A stretch of DNA of 64,000 nucleotides from Bacteroidales bacterium (GCA_040768485.1 JAXGMU010000002.1:40285-104284); one strand, 5' to 3'. Positions 27,252-36,937 are shown, numbered from the stretch's first letter. A program made the numbers and translations. The notes: generated by a model not told the origin, from the sequence alone.

Positions 27252-28313
27252 TCAGTGTTGTGATTTGGGTTCGTAAAATGCCAGGTTTTCCCTGGTAATG
27301 ATATCGATGGGAAGAAACTGCTTCCGCTCGGGTTCCCGGTCAAAGGCAACCAGGTTAAACAGCGATGTAAGTCCTCTGAATGCCTGTTCTTCAGGCCTTT
27401 GGGAAATCAGAAAATCGATATAATCCCTTTTCAGATATTCGATGCTCTCCGGGAGCAGGTCGTATCCCACCAGCCGGATGTTCATGGTGCCGCGGGAGGC
27501 CAGGTACCCGGCAACCAGGTGGACCCGGGAATTGGTCACAAAGATCCCCGCAATGTCATACCTTGCAAATGCCTCCTCCAGCCGCTCCTCCATCTCGTGA
27601 TCACCGGCCCCGTTCAGATCAATGGTGAGCAGATGGTCCGGCCGGCCGCCATGTTCCTCAAAAAAACTCCTGAATCCTTTTTCACGCTGGATGATATGGG
27701 CATAATGATCCTTCCGTGCGGAAAGGTTCATGATGAGCACATCCTTCCCGGGAAGCATCCCGTAATCGATGAGCCTGGCCGCCACCATTCCGCTGTGAAA
27801 GGCATCCTGACCCACAAAACTCCTGACGGCCGGAGACTCCAGCATGGAATTGAAAAGGACCACCGGCAGGTTCCATCGGCCGCACTGTTCAAGGAATTCC
27901 ACCGATTCCTTCTGAAAAACGGGTGCGAACAGGACCCCGTGGAGCTGTTCATAGGGAAATCCATTCGCCAGCTTGAGGAAATCTTTCCGGTCGATCTGGT
28001 CGAAATTGAAATGTTCCACATGGAGGTGGTAATGGGACAGTTCCTCAAGGACCCTGTCGATCCCTTTCCGGGGCAGTTTCCAGAATACGTGTTCGTTCAC
28101 GATCTTCGGCATCACCACCGCCAGGCGGATCTCCCGCTTCAAAGCCAGCGAACTGGCCATAAAATCAGGCTTGTAGTTGTATTCGCGCAGCAATTTCTGG
28201 ATCTTCTCGCGGGTTGCATCGGACACTTCGCCCCGGTTATGGATCACCCGGTCCACCGTTCCGATGGATACCCGGGCGATTTCAGCGATATCCTTGATCC
28301 TGATTCTCCGCAT
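27252..28313 (-). CDS. LacI-family transcriptional regulator
   Basis: N-terminal HTH IKDIAEIARVSIGTVDRVIHNRGEVS plus a periplasmic-binding-protein-like effector domain. Confidence 0.9.
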   Translation of the reverse strand: MRRIRIKDIAEIARVSIGTVDRVIHNRGEVSDATREKIQKLLREYNYKPDFMASSLALKREIRLAVVMPKIVNEHVFWKLPRKGIDRVLEELSHYHLHVEHFNFDQIDRKDFLKLANGFPYEQLHGVLFAPVFQKESVEFLEQCGRWNLPVVLFNSMLESPAVRSFVGQDAFHSGMVAARLIDYGMLPGKDVLIMNLSARKDHYAHIIQREKGFRSFFEEHGGRPDHLLTIDLNGAGDHEMEERLEEAFARYDIAGIFVTNSRVHLVAGYLASRGTMNIRLVGYDLLPESIEYLKRDYIDFLISQRPEEQAFRGLTSLFNLVAFDREPERKQFLPIDIITRENLAFYEPKSQH

Positions 28314-28463
28314 AATTATTTATTATGAGACGCTTACGCAATTTTTACGAAGCACACAAAGTGGTTCGTCACCACCAAAATTAATGAAAATATTTTGTAA
28401 ATGAGAAGAGAATTGCCTATTTTCGTGTTCGTACACGGAAACAATCAGATAATCCTCAGATTC

Positions 28464-29711
28464 ATGAAACTTGAGAAATATTCTTTCGGGATTGGCGACA
28501 GGTTCGCACAACAGGGTGAGGCACAGCTCAGTGCCATCATGAAAGCGGCTGAAAGGGGCGTGGAGATCGTTCCGGTCTGGAACAAATCCAACCGCGAACA
28601 CCAGAACATCCACTCTTCCCCATCGGACACCAGGAAGGAAGCCGATGATGCGGTGCGGAAACTGGGCTGGGAGCATTCCTATTACGTGGATGCGGACCAC
28701 ATCAACCTGGACACGGTGGACCGCTTTCTTCCCCACTCCGATTTTTTTACCCTGGACGTGGCCGGATATCTGGGAAAGGAAGTACCCGCAGAAGAGCTGA
28801 AAGAATTCCTGGGCGCCGCGGAAGGGTTGACGGGCAGGTTGCAGATCCCGGGGATCGGCGAGCCATTTCATATATCAGAGGGTATCCTGAAAAAGATTGC
28901 CGGGACATTCCTCGGGGCAGTGAAGGAGGCATCGGCCATCTACAGGCACATCGCATCCAGAAAGGGGGCGGACCATTTTGTGGCGGAGATCTCCATGGAC
29001 GAAGTGGAGGAGCCGCAGACACCCGTGGAACTTTTTTTTATCCTGATGATGATCAGTTACTTTGATATTCCCGTCCAGACGATCGCACCCAAATTCACGG
29101 GAAGGTTCAACAAAGGAGTGGACTACGTGGGGGATGTGGTGCAGTTCCGGAAAGAGTTTGAACAGGACCTGCTCGTCATCGATCATGCCGTCAAATCCTT
29201 CGGACTCCAGGAGAACCTGAAGCTGAGCGTACACTCGGGCAGCGACAAATTCACTATTTATCCGATCATGGGGGAACTGATCCGTAAACATGACAAAGGC
29301 ATCCACCTGAAAACAGCGGGCACGACCTGGCTGGAAGAGGTGATCGGACTGGCGCTGTCGGGAGATGATGCACTTCAGATGGCAAGGGCCATCTACGCCC
29401 GTGCGTTCGAAAGGCGGGAGGAGTTGTGCGCACCCTATGCCACTGTGATCGATATTGATCCGGACACCCTTCCGGGTCCGGACGAGGTCAACAGATGGAG
29501 CGGTGAGAAATTTGCCGGAACCCTGCGGCACGTGCCGGACCATCCCCATTACAATCCGGGATTCCGGCAACTGATCCACGTGGGATACAAAGTGGCCGCC
29601 GATATGGGCGAGCAGTACCTTTCCATGGTGAGGAAATACAGCCGGGTGGTCGGGGATCAGGTAGAGACCAACCTTTTCGACAGGCATATCAGGCGGTTGT
29701 TCGGCATATGA
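28464..29711 (+). CDS. uxaE: tagaturonate/fructuronate epimerase family protein
   Basis: MKLEKYSFGIGDRFAQQG start and DADHINLD motif match the UxaE family as recalled. Lies directly upstream of uxaC. The start is moved to the ATG at 28464. Confidence 0.6.
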   Translation: MKLEKYSFGIGDRFAQQGEAQLSAIMKAAERGVEIVPVWNKSNREHQNIHSSPSDTRKEADDAVRKLGWEHSYYVDADHINLDTVDRFLPHSDFFTLDVAGYLGKEVPAEELKEFLGAAEGLTGRLQIPGIGEPFHISEGILKKIAGTFLGAVKEASAIYRHIASRKGADHFVAEISMDEVEEPQTPVELFFILMMISYFDIPVQTIAPKFTGRFNKGVDYVGDVVQFRKEFEQDLLVIDHAVKSFGLQENLKLSVHSGSDKFTIYPIMGELIRKHDKGIHLKTAGTTWLEEVIGLALSGDDALQMARAIYARAFERREELCAPYATVIDIDPDTLPGPDEVNRWSGEKFAGTLRHVPDHPHYNPGFRQLIHVGYKVAADMGEQYLSMVRKYSRVVGDQVETNLFDRHIRRLFGI

Positions 29712-29768
29712 TCCCCGGACCGGGACACTCCCTGTGAATGAAACTGAGAACATCTAATAATCAATCGA

Positions 29769-31169
29769 ATGAAAAAATTTTTGGACCAGGACTTCCTGCT
29801 GGAAAATGAAACGGCCCGCAGGCTCTACCATGAATATGCCAGCAAGATGCCGATAATCGATTACCATTGCCACCTGAATCCCGAACAGATTGCCGGGGAT
29901 GTGAATTTTGAGAACCTGACCAGGATCTGGCTGGCGGGGGATCATTACAAGTGGCGGGCGATGCGGGCAAACGGAGTGGACGAAAAGTACTGCACGGGCG
30001 ATGCGCCGGACAGGGAAAAATTCATGAAATGGGCAGAAACCGTGCCGGACACCATCCGCAATCCACTCTACCACTGGACACACCTGGAACTGCAGCGGTA
30101 TTTCGGGATCTCTGAGCTGCTCCATGCCGGTTCGGCGGAAGGGATCTACCGGCAGGCAAACGAACTGCTGGCCACTAAGGAGTTCAGCGTCAGGCAACTC
30201 ATCCGGAAAATGAATGTGGAGGTGATCTGCACCACGGATGACCCGGTGGATACCCTGGAACACCACCGGAAAATCCGGGGAGACGGATTCGAGACCCTGG
30301 TCCTGCCCGCCTGGCGTGCCGACAAGGCACTGGCGGTGGAGGATCCGGACCGGTACAACCAGTACCTTGGAATGCTTGAAGCCGCCTCGGGCATTTCCAT
30401 ATCCACCTACATGGATTTGCTAACGGCCCTGAGCAACAGGCATGACTTTTTCAATGAAATGGGCTGCAGGGTATCGGACCACGGGATGGAGACCTTCCAT
30501 GCAGATGATTTTGATCATCAGGACATCGAAAGGATCTTTTTGAAGATCAGGAAAGGAAGGAAACCGAACAAGCAGGAAATAAGTCAGTTCAAATCAGCCA
30601 TGCTGATCGAGCTGGCAGTCATGGACCACGAGAAGGACTGGGTCCAGCAGTTCCATGTGGGAGCGATCCGGAACAACAACACCCGGAGGTTCCACGAACT
30701 GGGTCCGGATACCGGCTATGACTCCATCGGGGATTTCAAGATGGCACGGACCCTGTCCAGGTTCCTGGACGCGCTGGATCAGCGCGAACAGCTGGCAAAG
30801 ACCATCCTTTACAACCTCAATCCCGGCGACAATGCGCTGATGGTGACCATGGCCTGCAATTTCAACGACGGGATCACGCCGGGCAAGATGCAGCACGGTT
30901 CCGGCTGGTGGTTCCTCGACCAGAAGTACGGCATGACCGACCAGATCAACACCCTCTCTGCCCTCGGACTGCTCAGCCGTTTCGTGGGTATGCTGACCGA
31001 CTCCCGGAGTTTTCTCTCCTATCCCAGGCATGAATATTTCAGGAGGATCCTCTGCAACCTGGTGGGAACGGATGTGGAAAAGGGAGAGATCCCAGATGAT
31101 CCCGCGATGCTGGAGAACCTGATCAGCAATGTGTGTTACCACAATGCGAAAAATTACTTCGGGTTTTGA
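29769..31169 (+). CDS. uxaC: glucuronate isomerase
   Basis: FLLENETARRLYHEYA..MPIIDYHCHL, GDHYKWRAMR, HLELQRYFGI. Confidence 0.95.
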   Translation: MKKFLDQDFLLENETARRLYHEYASKMPIIDYHCHLNPEQIAGDVNFENLTRIWLAGDHYKWRAMRANGVDEKYCTGDAPDREKFMKWAETVPDTIRNPLYHWTHLELQRYFGISELLHAGSAEGIYRQANELLATKEFSVRQLIRKMNVEVICTTDDPVDTLEHHRKIRGDGFETLVLPAWRADKALAVEDPDRYNQYLGMLEAASGISISTYMDLLTALSNRHDFFNEMGCRVSDHGMETFHADDFDHQDIERIFLKIRKGRKPNKQEISQFKSAMLIELAVMDHEKDWVQQFHVGAIRNNNTRRFHELGPDTGYDSIGDFKMARTLSRFLDALDQREQLAKTILYNLNPGDNALMVTMACNFNDGITPGKMQHGSGWWFLDQKYGMTDQINTLSALGLLSRFVGMLTDSRSFLSYPRHEYFRRILCNLVGTDVEKGEIPDDPAMLENLISNVCYHNAKNYFGF

Positions 31170-31234
31170 CCGGGTCCGGTAGATGGTTCATGAGGATATA
31201 TTCGTATTTTAGCCGCGGAACAGAGATTTGATCC

Positions 31235-33838
31235 GTGCGAACAACCATTCTCATTGCAATCCTTGCCTGCTTTCTGCAGCCCGTGTTTTCCCAGGGTATC
31301 CGCGGGGAAATCAGGGACCAGCAGGGTGAACCTGTTCCCTACGCGGCCATCTACATCAGGGAACTGACCCGGGGCACCACCTGTAACGCCCTGGGATCAT
31401 TCAGCCTGCCGCTTCCCCCCGGCCGTTACACGATCTATTTCCGAAGCCTGGGGTATACCGAGGTGTCACGTACGGTCACCCTGGAAGAAGAATACCTGGA
31501 TCTTCAGATTCAGCTGCCCCCCAGAACATATATGATCCCGGAGGTGAGGATCAGTGCCAGCGGGGAGGATCCGGCTTACTGGATCATGAGAAAGGCCATC
31601 GGGCTGGCCAGTTACCACCTGAATGAAGTAGCGGGCTACCAGGCGGAGATCTATATCAAGGGAACCGCATATTTCGAAAGCTTCCCCAGGGCCATCGCGC
31701 GAAGGATCGAGGTGGGTGATATCAGGGTGAAGGAAGACCAGGTCTATCTCCTGGAATCAATGAACCAGGTGACCTATACCGCCCCGGACAAATATGAAAT
31801 GAAGGTGCTCGCCTCCCAGAATACCATTCCCGGATACAGCCAGAATGTGAATCCAATGGATTACATCAATGCGAGCCTTTACCAGGAAAAGATCCAGACC
31901 TTCGTCTCCCCGCTTGCCCGGAATGCATTCTTTTACTATCAATTTCATTTCGAAGGAACCTTCGTGGAGGGGTCCCATGTGATCAACAAGATCAGGGTTA
32001 CCCCGAAGCGAAGCAGCCAGCAGTTGTGCGAGGGATACCTTTACATCGTGGAGGATCTCTGGTGCCTCCACTCCTCCGACCTGCAGATAAAAACCATCGC
32101 GGGCACCCTTTTCCTGCAGCAGCTCTATGCCAATGTGATCATGGATGCCTGGCTGCCCGTGAACCATAAGATCAGGGCCGATGTGGAGATTGCAGGTGTG
32201 AAAGGGGAAATCACCTATGTCTCTTCGCTGGAGTATTCCGATGTATCCCTCAATCCAAACCTGCCCGAGGTCTACTTTACCCCAACGGAACAACCGGGGG
32301 AGGAGGCCGGGAAGGAACAGCAGCCTTCAGAGGAGCAGAAAAAGATCATGGAGCTTCTGGAGAAAGAGGATCTGACCGACCGGGACGTGGCCCGTCTGTC
32401 CAGGCTCATGGAGAAGGAAGCGGAACAATCAGACACCGGGGAGGGACAGGGCCTGAATCAGACGGGAACCACATTCACCGTGGCGGAAAATGCCGTCAAA
32501 AACGATTCCCTCTTCTGGAACCGGGTGCGTCCCATCCCCCTCACCCCGATGGAACAGATGCAGATGCGAGAGCGGGACTCAATCATCGGGATCACCCGGA
32601 AAGCAGCTGCATCAGACAGCCTGAGGAATGTCCCCCGGAGGGCCCGTCCGCTCAGGGGACTGGTCCTGGGCAGGACGTACAGGGCTGATTTCGGGCGGTT
32701 CCGGTTTACCCACGGGGGACTGGCCGATCTGGAGATGCTGGGGTACAATACGGTGGACGGGATCCACTACGGGCAGGATTTCAGGCTTTACTGGAAACCC
32801 GACAGCCTCCATACGGTCAGGTCGCGCCTGGCGGCGGGATACGCATTTCACCGCCGCGCCCCGATGGTCACCTGGAACTCCGATCTGCTCTACGCTCCCA
32901 TGAGGAGAGGGAAGATTGCCATTTACCTGAACTACACCTCATCCGACTTTCATGCGGCGTCGGGGATCCCGGTGCGTACGAATCTTTTCTATACGTTGTT
33001 CCTGAGGGAGAATCATCTGAAGAAATACGAGCAGATCGACGCCACCCTGTATAACCGCATTGATCTTGTGAACGGACTGGTACTTACCACCGAGGTTGCC
33101 GGCGGTATCCAGGAACCGCTGACAAACCACAGCGACTTCTCCATCCTGTTTACCCGCAAAAAGGACTTCTCGGAGAATTTACCGGCCGGAATTCAGTCCG
33201 GCGATCAGGCACTGGAGCGAAGGAAGAAAATGACCGCGGCGATCCGGCTCGACTTCACACCCCGGCATTATTTCGTGGTGAGAAATGCCAGGAAGTCAAT
33301 GGAGGATTCCCGGTGGCCCACCTTCTCTCTCTCCTGTAAAACGGGGATCCCGGTGCAGGAAAACGGATGGTCCCATTTCAGCATGCTGGAATTAGGGGTG
33401 GAGCATTCTGCCGGTGTGGGACTGCTATCCGAGCTGGACTGGCAAGTGAACACGGGCTATTTCCCTTCCAGCGGGTCCCTGCATTTTTCGGATTTCAGGC
33501 ACTTTAAATCATACCCGCTGGCAGTCGACATGGCCGGTTTTGACGGGGGACTGATGCTGATGGATTACTATGAAGCGAGTACGGATGACTGGTGGGTAAA
33601 TGCAGATGTGACCCTCACCTCCTCTTACCTGCTTCTGAAATTCCTTCCCTGGTTCAGTGAAAGATTGTGGAAGGAATCCATCGGGATCGGCTACCTCCTT
33701 ACCCCGGCCATCCCTCATTACCTGCAGGTCGGGTACAGCCTCGAGGAGATCTTTTTCCTGGCCGACCTGGGGGTCTATGCCGCATTCCAGGATTTCTCAT
33801 GGAAGGGATTCGGCGTCCGGGTCAACTTCCGTTTCTGA
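31235..33838 (+). CDS. CarboxypepD_reg-like + DUF5686-type outer-membrane-associated protein
   Basis: GTG start and a signal peptide. GEIRDQQGEPVPYAAIYI...GSFSL...G.Y...F.SLGY is the carboxypeptidase-regulatory-like fold, followed by a long beta-rich region ending in an aromatic C-terminus (VRVNFRF). Confidence 0.65.
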   Translation: MRTTILIAILACFLQPVFSQGIRGEIRDQQGEPVPYAAIYIRELTRGTTCNALGSFSLPLPPGRYTIYFRSLGYTEVSRTVTLEEEYLDLQIQLPPRTYMIPEVRISASGEDPAYWIMRKAIGLASYHLNEVAGYQAEIYIKGTAYFESFPRAIARRIEVGDIRVKEDQVYLLESMNQVTYTAPDKYEMKVLASQNTIPGYSQNVNPMDYINASLYQEKIQTFVSPLARNAFFYYQFHFEGTFVEGSHVINKIRVTPKRSSQQLCEGYLYIVEDLWCLHSSDLQIKTIAGTLFLQQLYANVIMDAWLPVNHKIRADVEIAGVKGEITYVSSLEYSDVSLNPNLPEVYFTPTEQPGEEAGKEQQPSEEQKKIMELLEKEDLTDRDVARLSRLMEKEAEQSDTGEGQGLNQTGTTFTVAENAVKNDSLFWNRVRPIPLTPMEQMQMRERDSIIGITRKAAASDSLRNVPRRARPLRGLVLGRTYRADFGRFRFTHGGLADLEMLGYNTVDGIHYGQDFRLYWKPDSLHTVRSRLAAGYAFHRRAPMVTWNSDLLYAPMRRGKIAIYLNYTSSDFHAASGIPVRTNLFYTLFLRENHLKKYEQIDATLYNRIDLVNGLVLTTEVAGGIQEPLTNHSDFSILFTRKKDFSENLPAGIQSGDQALERRKKMTAAIRLDFTPRHYFVVRNARKSMEDSRWPTFSLSCKTGIPVQENGWSHFSMLELGVEHSAGVGLLSELDWQVNTGYFPSSGSLHFSDFRHFKSYPLAVDMAGFDGGLMLMDYYEASTDDWWVNADVTLTSSYLLLKFLPWFSERLWKESIGIGYLLTPAIPHYLQVGYSLEEIFFLADLGVYAAFQDFSWKGFGVRVNFRF

Positions 33839-33840
33839 AT

Positions 33841-35175
33841 ATGACCGGCTCTACCCGCATACGCATCCTGATCTGCCTGGTCTGCCTGGTTTTTTCACCA
33901 GTCTCCCAGGGAGATAATCTCGCTGCGCAGGAAAAAGCGACAGACGGCTGGATCGAGGATATCGACCTGCTCGGCAGGGCGCTCGAGGAAAAACATCCGG
34001 ACCTGTATCACCGGATGGATCAGTCTTCATTCCGCCGGGAACTTGCCGCCGTGGCGGCACACGCCGGGGAGCAGTCCCTCTTCAATCTGGCCGTGCGATT
34101 GCAGCAGGCGGTGGCAGGGCTGGGAGATGCGCACACAGCTGTTAACTACCATTTTCTCATTGATAAGGAAAACATTCTTCCGCTGGAGTGTTTCTGGTTC
34201 GAGGAGGGGATCACCGTGATGGAAACCAGCCGGGCCTGTTCCCGGATTCTCGGAAAAAAACTGGTCACCGTCAACGGTTTTCCCGTTGAACAGGTGATCG
34301 ATTCCCTCTCCACCCTCCTGGTCTCCCGGAACCCATCACTCATCAAGGCTGAAACAGTCAGGATGCTCCCCTGGGCACAGCTCCTGCAGCACTTTGGCTT
34401 TGCCGGGGAAGAGGGGGTGACCATTGGATTCGGGGATCCGGGCGGACAGGTGGAGCGGGTCCGCTTCCGGCTGCCTGTAGCAGAAGACTATTCCGTTGGG
34501 GTGGAACCGGATTCCGTTCCCGAGGGCTGGAAAGAGAGGAAAGCATACTTCAGGGACCGCTATTTCCCGGGTGAAAAACTTTACTACATTCAGTACAACC
34601 ATTGCTGGAGCAGGGAGGCCGAAGAGAAACACGGTTCCGGAGCCGGTGCACTTTTCATGCCGTCGTTCCGGGAATTTGAAAAGCGTGTGTTCCTCCATCT
34701 CCGCAGGGAGGAGATCGACAGGCTGGTGATTGACCTGCGGTTCAACGGGGGCGGCGAGGGATCCCAGGGCAGCGCGTTCATCGAAAAACTGAGCCGGTCG
34801 AAAATCAACGGGAAAGGAAAGATCTGCATCATCCAGGGCAGGAATACCTCATCGACGGCATTGATCCACCTGGACGAACTTCGCCGGAAGACCGATGCGG
34901 TGACCGTGGGAGAACCCACCGGCGGACGTCCGAATCATTTCGGGGAGGTCCGCAGGTTCGTGCTGCCTGAAACAGGATTGGTGGTCAATTATCCCACCCG
35001 GTATCACCAGCTGGTTGAGGGGGATCCTCCCGCCATCCGGCCCGACGTGGAGGTGCCCCTTTATTTCAGGGACTACATGAGCGGGATCGATGCCTTTCTG
35101 CAGGCAGCCGGAAAGCCCGGGACCTATTCTTCCAGGGCCAGGCCGCGCATGATCAGGTACTGGGCAGGCATGTAA
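33841..35175 (+). CDS. S41-type peptidase-like protein (secreted)
   Basis: LVIDLRFNGGG and GRNTSSTA...VGEPTGG motifs resemble the S41 fold. Catalytic residues not verified (the position expected for Lys reads Arg). The start is set at the ATG at 33841, 2 nt after the preceding stop. Confidence 0.6.
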   Translation: MTGSTRIRILICLVCLVFSPVSQGDNLAAQEKATDGWIEDIDLLGRALEEKHPDLYHRMDQSSFRRELAAVAAHAGEQSLFNLAVRLQQAVAGLGDAHTAVNYHFLIDKENILPLECFWFEEGITVMETSRACSRILGKKLVTVNGFPVEQVIDSLSTLLVSRNPSLIKAETVRMLPWAQLLQHFGFAGEEGVTIGFGDPGGQVERVRFRLPVAEDYSVGVEPDSVPEGWKERKAYFRDRYFPGEKLYYIQYNHCWSREAEEKHGSGAGALFMPSFREFEKRVFLHLRREEIDRLVIDLRFNGGGEGSQGSAFIEKLSRSKINGKGKICIIQGRNTSSTALIHLDELRRKTDAVTVGEPTGGRPNHFGEVRRFVLPETGLVVNYPTRYHQLVEGDPPAIRPDVEVPLYFRDYMSGIDAFLQAAGKPGTYSSRARPRMIRYWAGM

Positions 35176-35801
35176 GTGAGCATCACCCAGAAACCGCCCA
35201 GGGGGATCTCGCCACGGAAGCGGTCCACCGCGATCAGGCTGTCAGATAAGACAAACAGGAGGGAGCCGATGAACACAAGCAGGTAGCTTGCGCGGTTCAC
35301 CCGCCCCTTCCGGTTCAGCGCCATCATGGACATTCCGATCAGGGATAAAGCGTAGAGCAGAATGATCGGCTGCATGATCCCCTCCAGTCCGGGCAACAGC
35401 AGCAGGTAAATACCTGCCAGATAAACGATAAACAGCAATCCCACCAGGGGATTCCGCTGAAGATATCCCCTCCCCCCCGTTTCACTGAACCGGACGAAAA
35501 TATAGATGTAGCACAACTGGGCGAGGAAAAAGCCACCCACTCCGGCATAGAAGAAGAGCTCGCTCCTTCCCGAGAACATCAGGAAAATGTCGCCCACCCA
35601 GGAGAAAAAGAAAGCCAGCAGAACGGGGACTGTCAGGGACCTCTTTTTTCTGAACAGAAGAAAGAAGGCAGCCATCCATGGCATGATCAGGGGTTTCACC
35701 GGATATTCCAGGTATATCACATCGGTGATCCTGCCCGCCAGCTCTACGATCACGATGACCAGCAGCAGCAGGTGGAGCAGCAAGGAGTTTCTGTTTTTCA
35801 T
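35124..35801 (-). CDS. YhhN-family (lysoplasmalogenase-like) membrane protein
   Basis: 225 aa and about 7-8 TM segments. FFFSWVGDIFLMF and SDSLIA motifs typical of YhhN/TMEM86. The 3' end overlaps the convergent peptidase gene by 52 nt. Confidence 0.7.
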   Translation of the reverse strand: MKNRNSLLLHLLLLVIVIVELAGRITDVIYLEYPVKPLIMPWMAAFFLLFRKKRSLTVPVLLAFFFSWVGDIFLMFSGRSELFFYAGVGGFFLAQLCYIYIFVRFSETGGRGYLQRNPLVGLLFIVYLAGIYLLLLPGLEGIMQPIILLYALSLIGMSMMALNRKGRVNRASYLLVFIGSLLFVLSDSLIAVDRFRGEIPLGGFWVMLTYMPAQYLIMRGLALEE

Positions 35802-35855
35802 GACAGGAAGGATATGGACAGGTAAATATATGAAATCGTTTCTTTTTTCCCGTTT

Positions 35856-35875
35856 TTGTGCAATCGATTGTACAA
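35856..35875. promoter_or_regulatory. 20-bp palindromic operator TTGTGCAATCGATTGTACAA (LacI-family type)
   Basis: 18 of 20 positions are self-complementary around a central CG. Lies 8 nt upstream of a TATCTTTG -7 box and 25 nt upstream of the LacI-family gene. A near-identical copy lies at 42383-42402. Confidence 0.65.
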
Positions 35876-35882
35876 GATTTCT

Positions 35883-35890
35883 TATCTTTG
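35883..35890 (+). promoter_or_regulatory. candidate -7 promoter box (TATCTTTG) of the lacI-kduI-kdgF-kduD operon
   Basis: TAnnTTTG match 10 nt upstream of the ATG at 35900. Confidence 0.4.
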
Positions 35891-35899
35891 CTTGCAGAG

Positions 35900-36925
35900 A
35901 TGAAGAAGCAGCATGTAACCATCCATGACATCGCCCGGGAACTGAACATCTCAGCTTCCACCGTCTCCCGCGCGCTTCAAAATCATCCGAGGATCAGCAA
36001 GGCCACGCGTGAGGCCGTGCAGCAACTGGCGCTGAAATACAATTACCAGCCCAATGTGATGGCCTCCTCACTCAGGAAAGGCAGGAGCAAAACGGTCGGG
36101 GTGATCGTTCCCAGGATCAACCGGAATTTTTTTGCCAACGTAATCGGGGGGATGGAAGAGGTACTCACTTCTGCCGGGTACCACATGATCATCTGCCAGA
36201 CCCTGGAGAAGGTCAACCATGAAATGTTCGCACTGAGGACCCTGGTCAATGCCCGCGTGGATGCGATCATCATGTCCATCTCCATGGAGACGAAGGACCA
36301 CGAGCATATCAGGATCCTGGTGGATAAAGGGATCCGGGTGTTCTTTTTCGACCGGATCTGCGAGGAGATCCGGGCGGGATCGGTGGCCATCGACGACCGG
36401 CTGGGGGCCTACCTGAGCGTCAGGCACCTGCTTGAACAGGGCTACCGGAACATTGTCCACGTGGCGGGAGCGGACCACATCAACATCTACAGGGCCAGGA
36501 AGGAAGGGTACCTGGAAGCCATCAGGGAGGCGGGGATCCCTGTCAGGGATTCCTGGATCATTGAGGAATCCCTCGTCCCCGAAGGGGGGAAAGCCGCCTT
36601 CCAAAAGGGCATGAAACTCGCTCCAAGGCCGGATGCCTATTTCTGTGCGGGAGATTATGCCGCGCTGGGGATCCTCCAGGAGGCCAGGAACCGGGGATTG
36701 AAAGTGCCTGATGACCTGGGAATCACAGGGTTTGCCAACGAGCCCTTCACCGAATTCACGGAACCGTCCATGACCACCGTGGATCAGCGTGCAGGCGAGA
36801 TGGGTGTGAGGGTGGCCGACATGTTCCTGAAGGATGTGGACCGGTCTGATGAAGTGCACTCCATGGAGAGGATCATGCTGAAGCCGGAGCTGATCATCCG
36901 TAAGAGTTCAATGTTAAACAAATAA
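35900..36925 (+). CDS. LacI-family transcriptional regulator (uronate locus)
   Basis: HTH VTIHDIARELNISASTVSRALQNHPRIS plus a sugar-binding-fold domain. The start is moved to the ATG at 35900, downstream of the promoter box. Confidence 0.9.
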   Translation: MKKQHVTIHDIARELNISASTVSRALQNHPRISKATREAVQQLALKYNYQPNVMASSLRKGRSKTVGVIVPRINRNFFANVIGGMEEVLTSAGYHMIICQTLEKVNHEMFALRTLVNARVDAIIMSISMETKDHEHIRILVDKGIRVFFFDRICEEIRAGSVAIDDRLGAYLSVRHLLEQGYRNIVHVAGADHINIYRARKEGYLEAIREAGIPVRDSWIIEESLVPEGGKAAFQKGMKLAPRPDAYFCAGDYAALGILQEARNRGLKVPDDLGITGFANEPFTEFTEPSMTTVDQRAGEMGVRVADMFLKDVDRSDEVHSMERIMLKPELIIRKSSMLNK

Positions 36926-36937
36926 AAACTGTTAATT

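Noticed and set aside
28330-28463. Searched the divergent LacI/uxaE intergenic region for a palindromic operator. Candidates were CTTACGCAATTTTTACGAAG and TTTCGTGTTCGTACACGGAAA.
   Set aside because: Only short (5-bp) or imperfect arms are present, and there is no second copy elsewhere in the window. Not strong enough to call an operator.
35124-35175. 52-nt convergent overlap of the 3' ends of the S41-like and YhhN genes. A similar 14-nt overlap occurs at 50052-50065, and a 32-nt xylA/oxidoreductase overlap at 48863-48894.
   Set aside because: No earlier in-frame stops or alternative starts resolve these overlaps. They are most simply tail-to-tail overlaps or start-codon uncertainty (the oxidoreductase may use a non-canonical start after 48894). 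There is no evidence for a frameshift or pseudogene.
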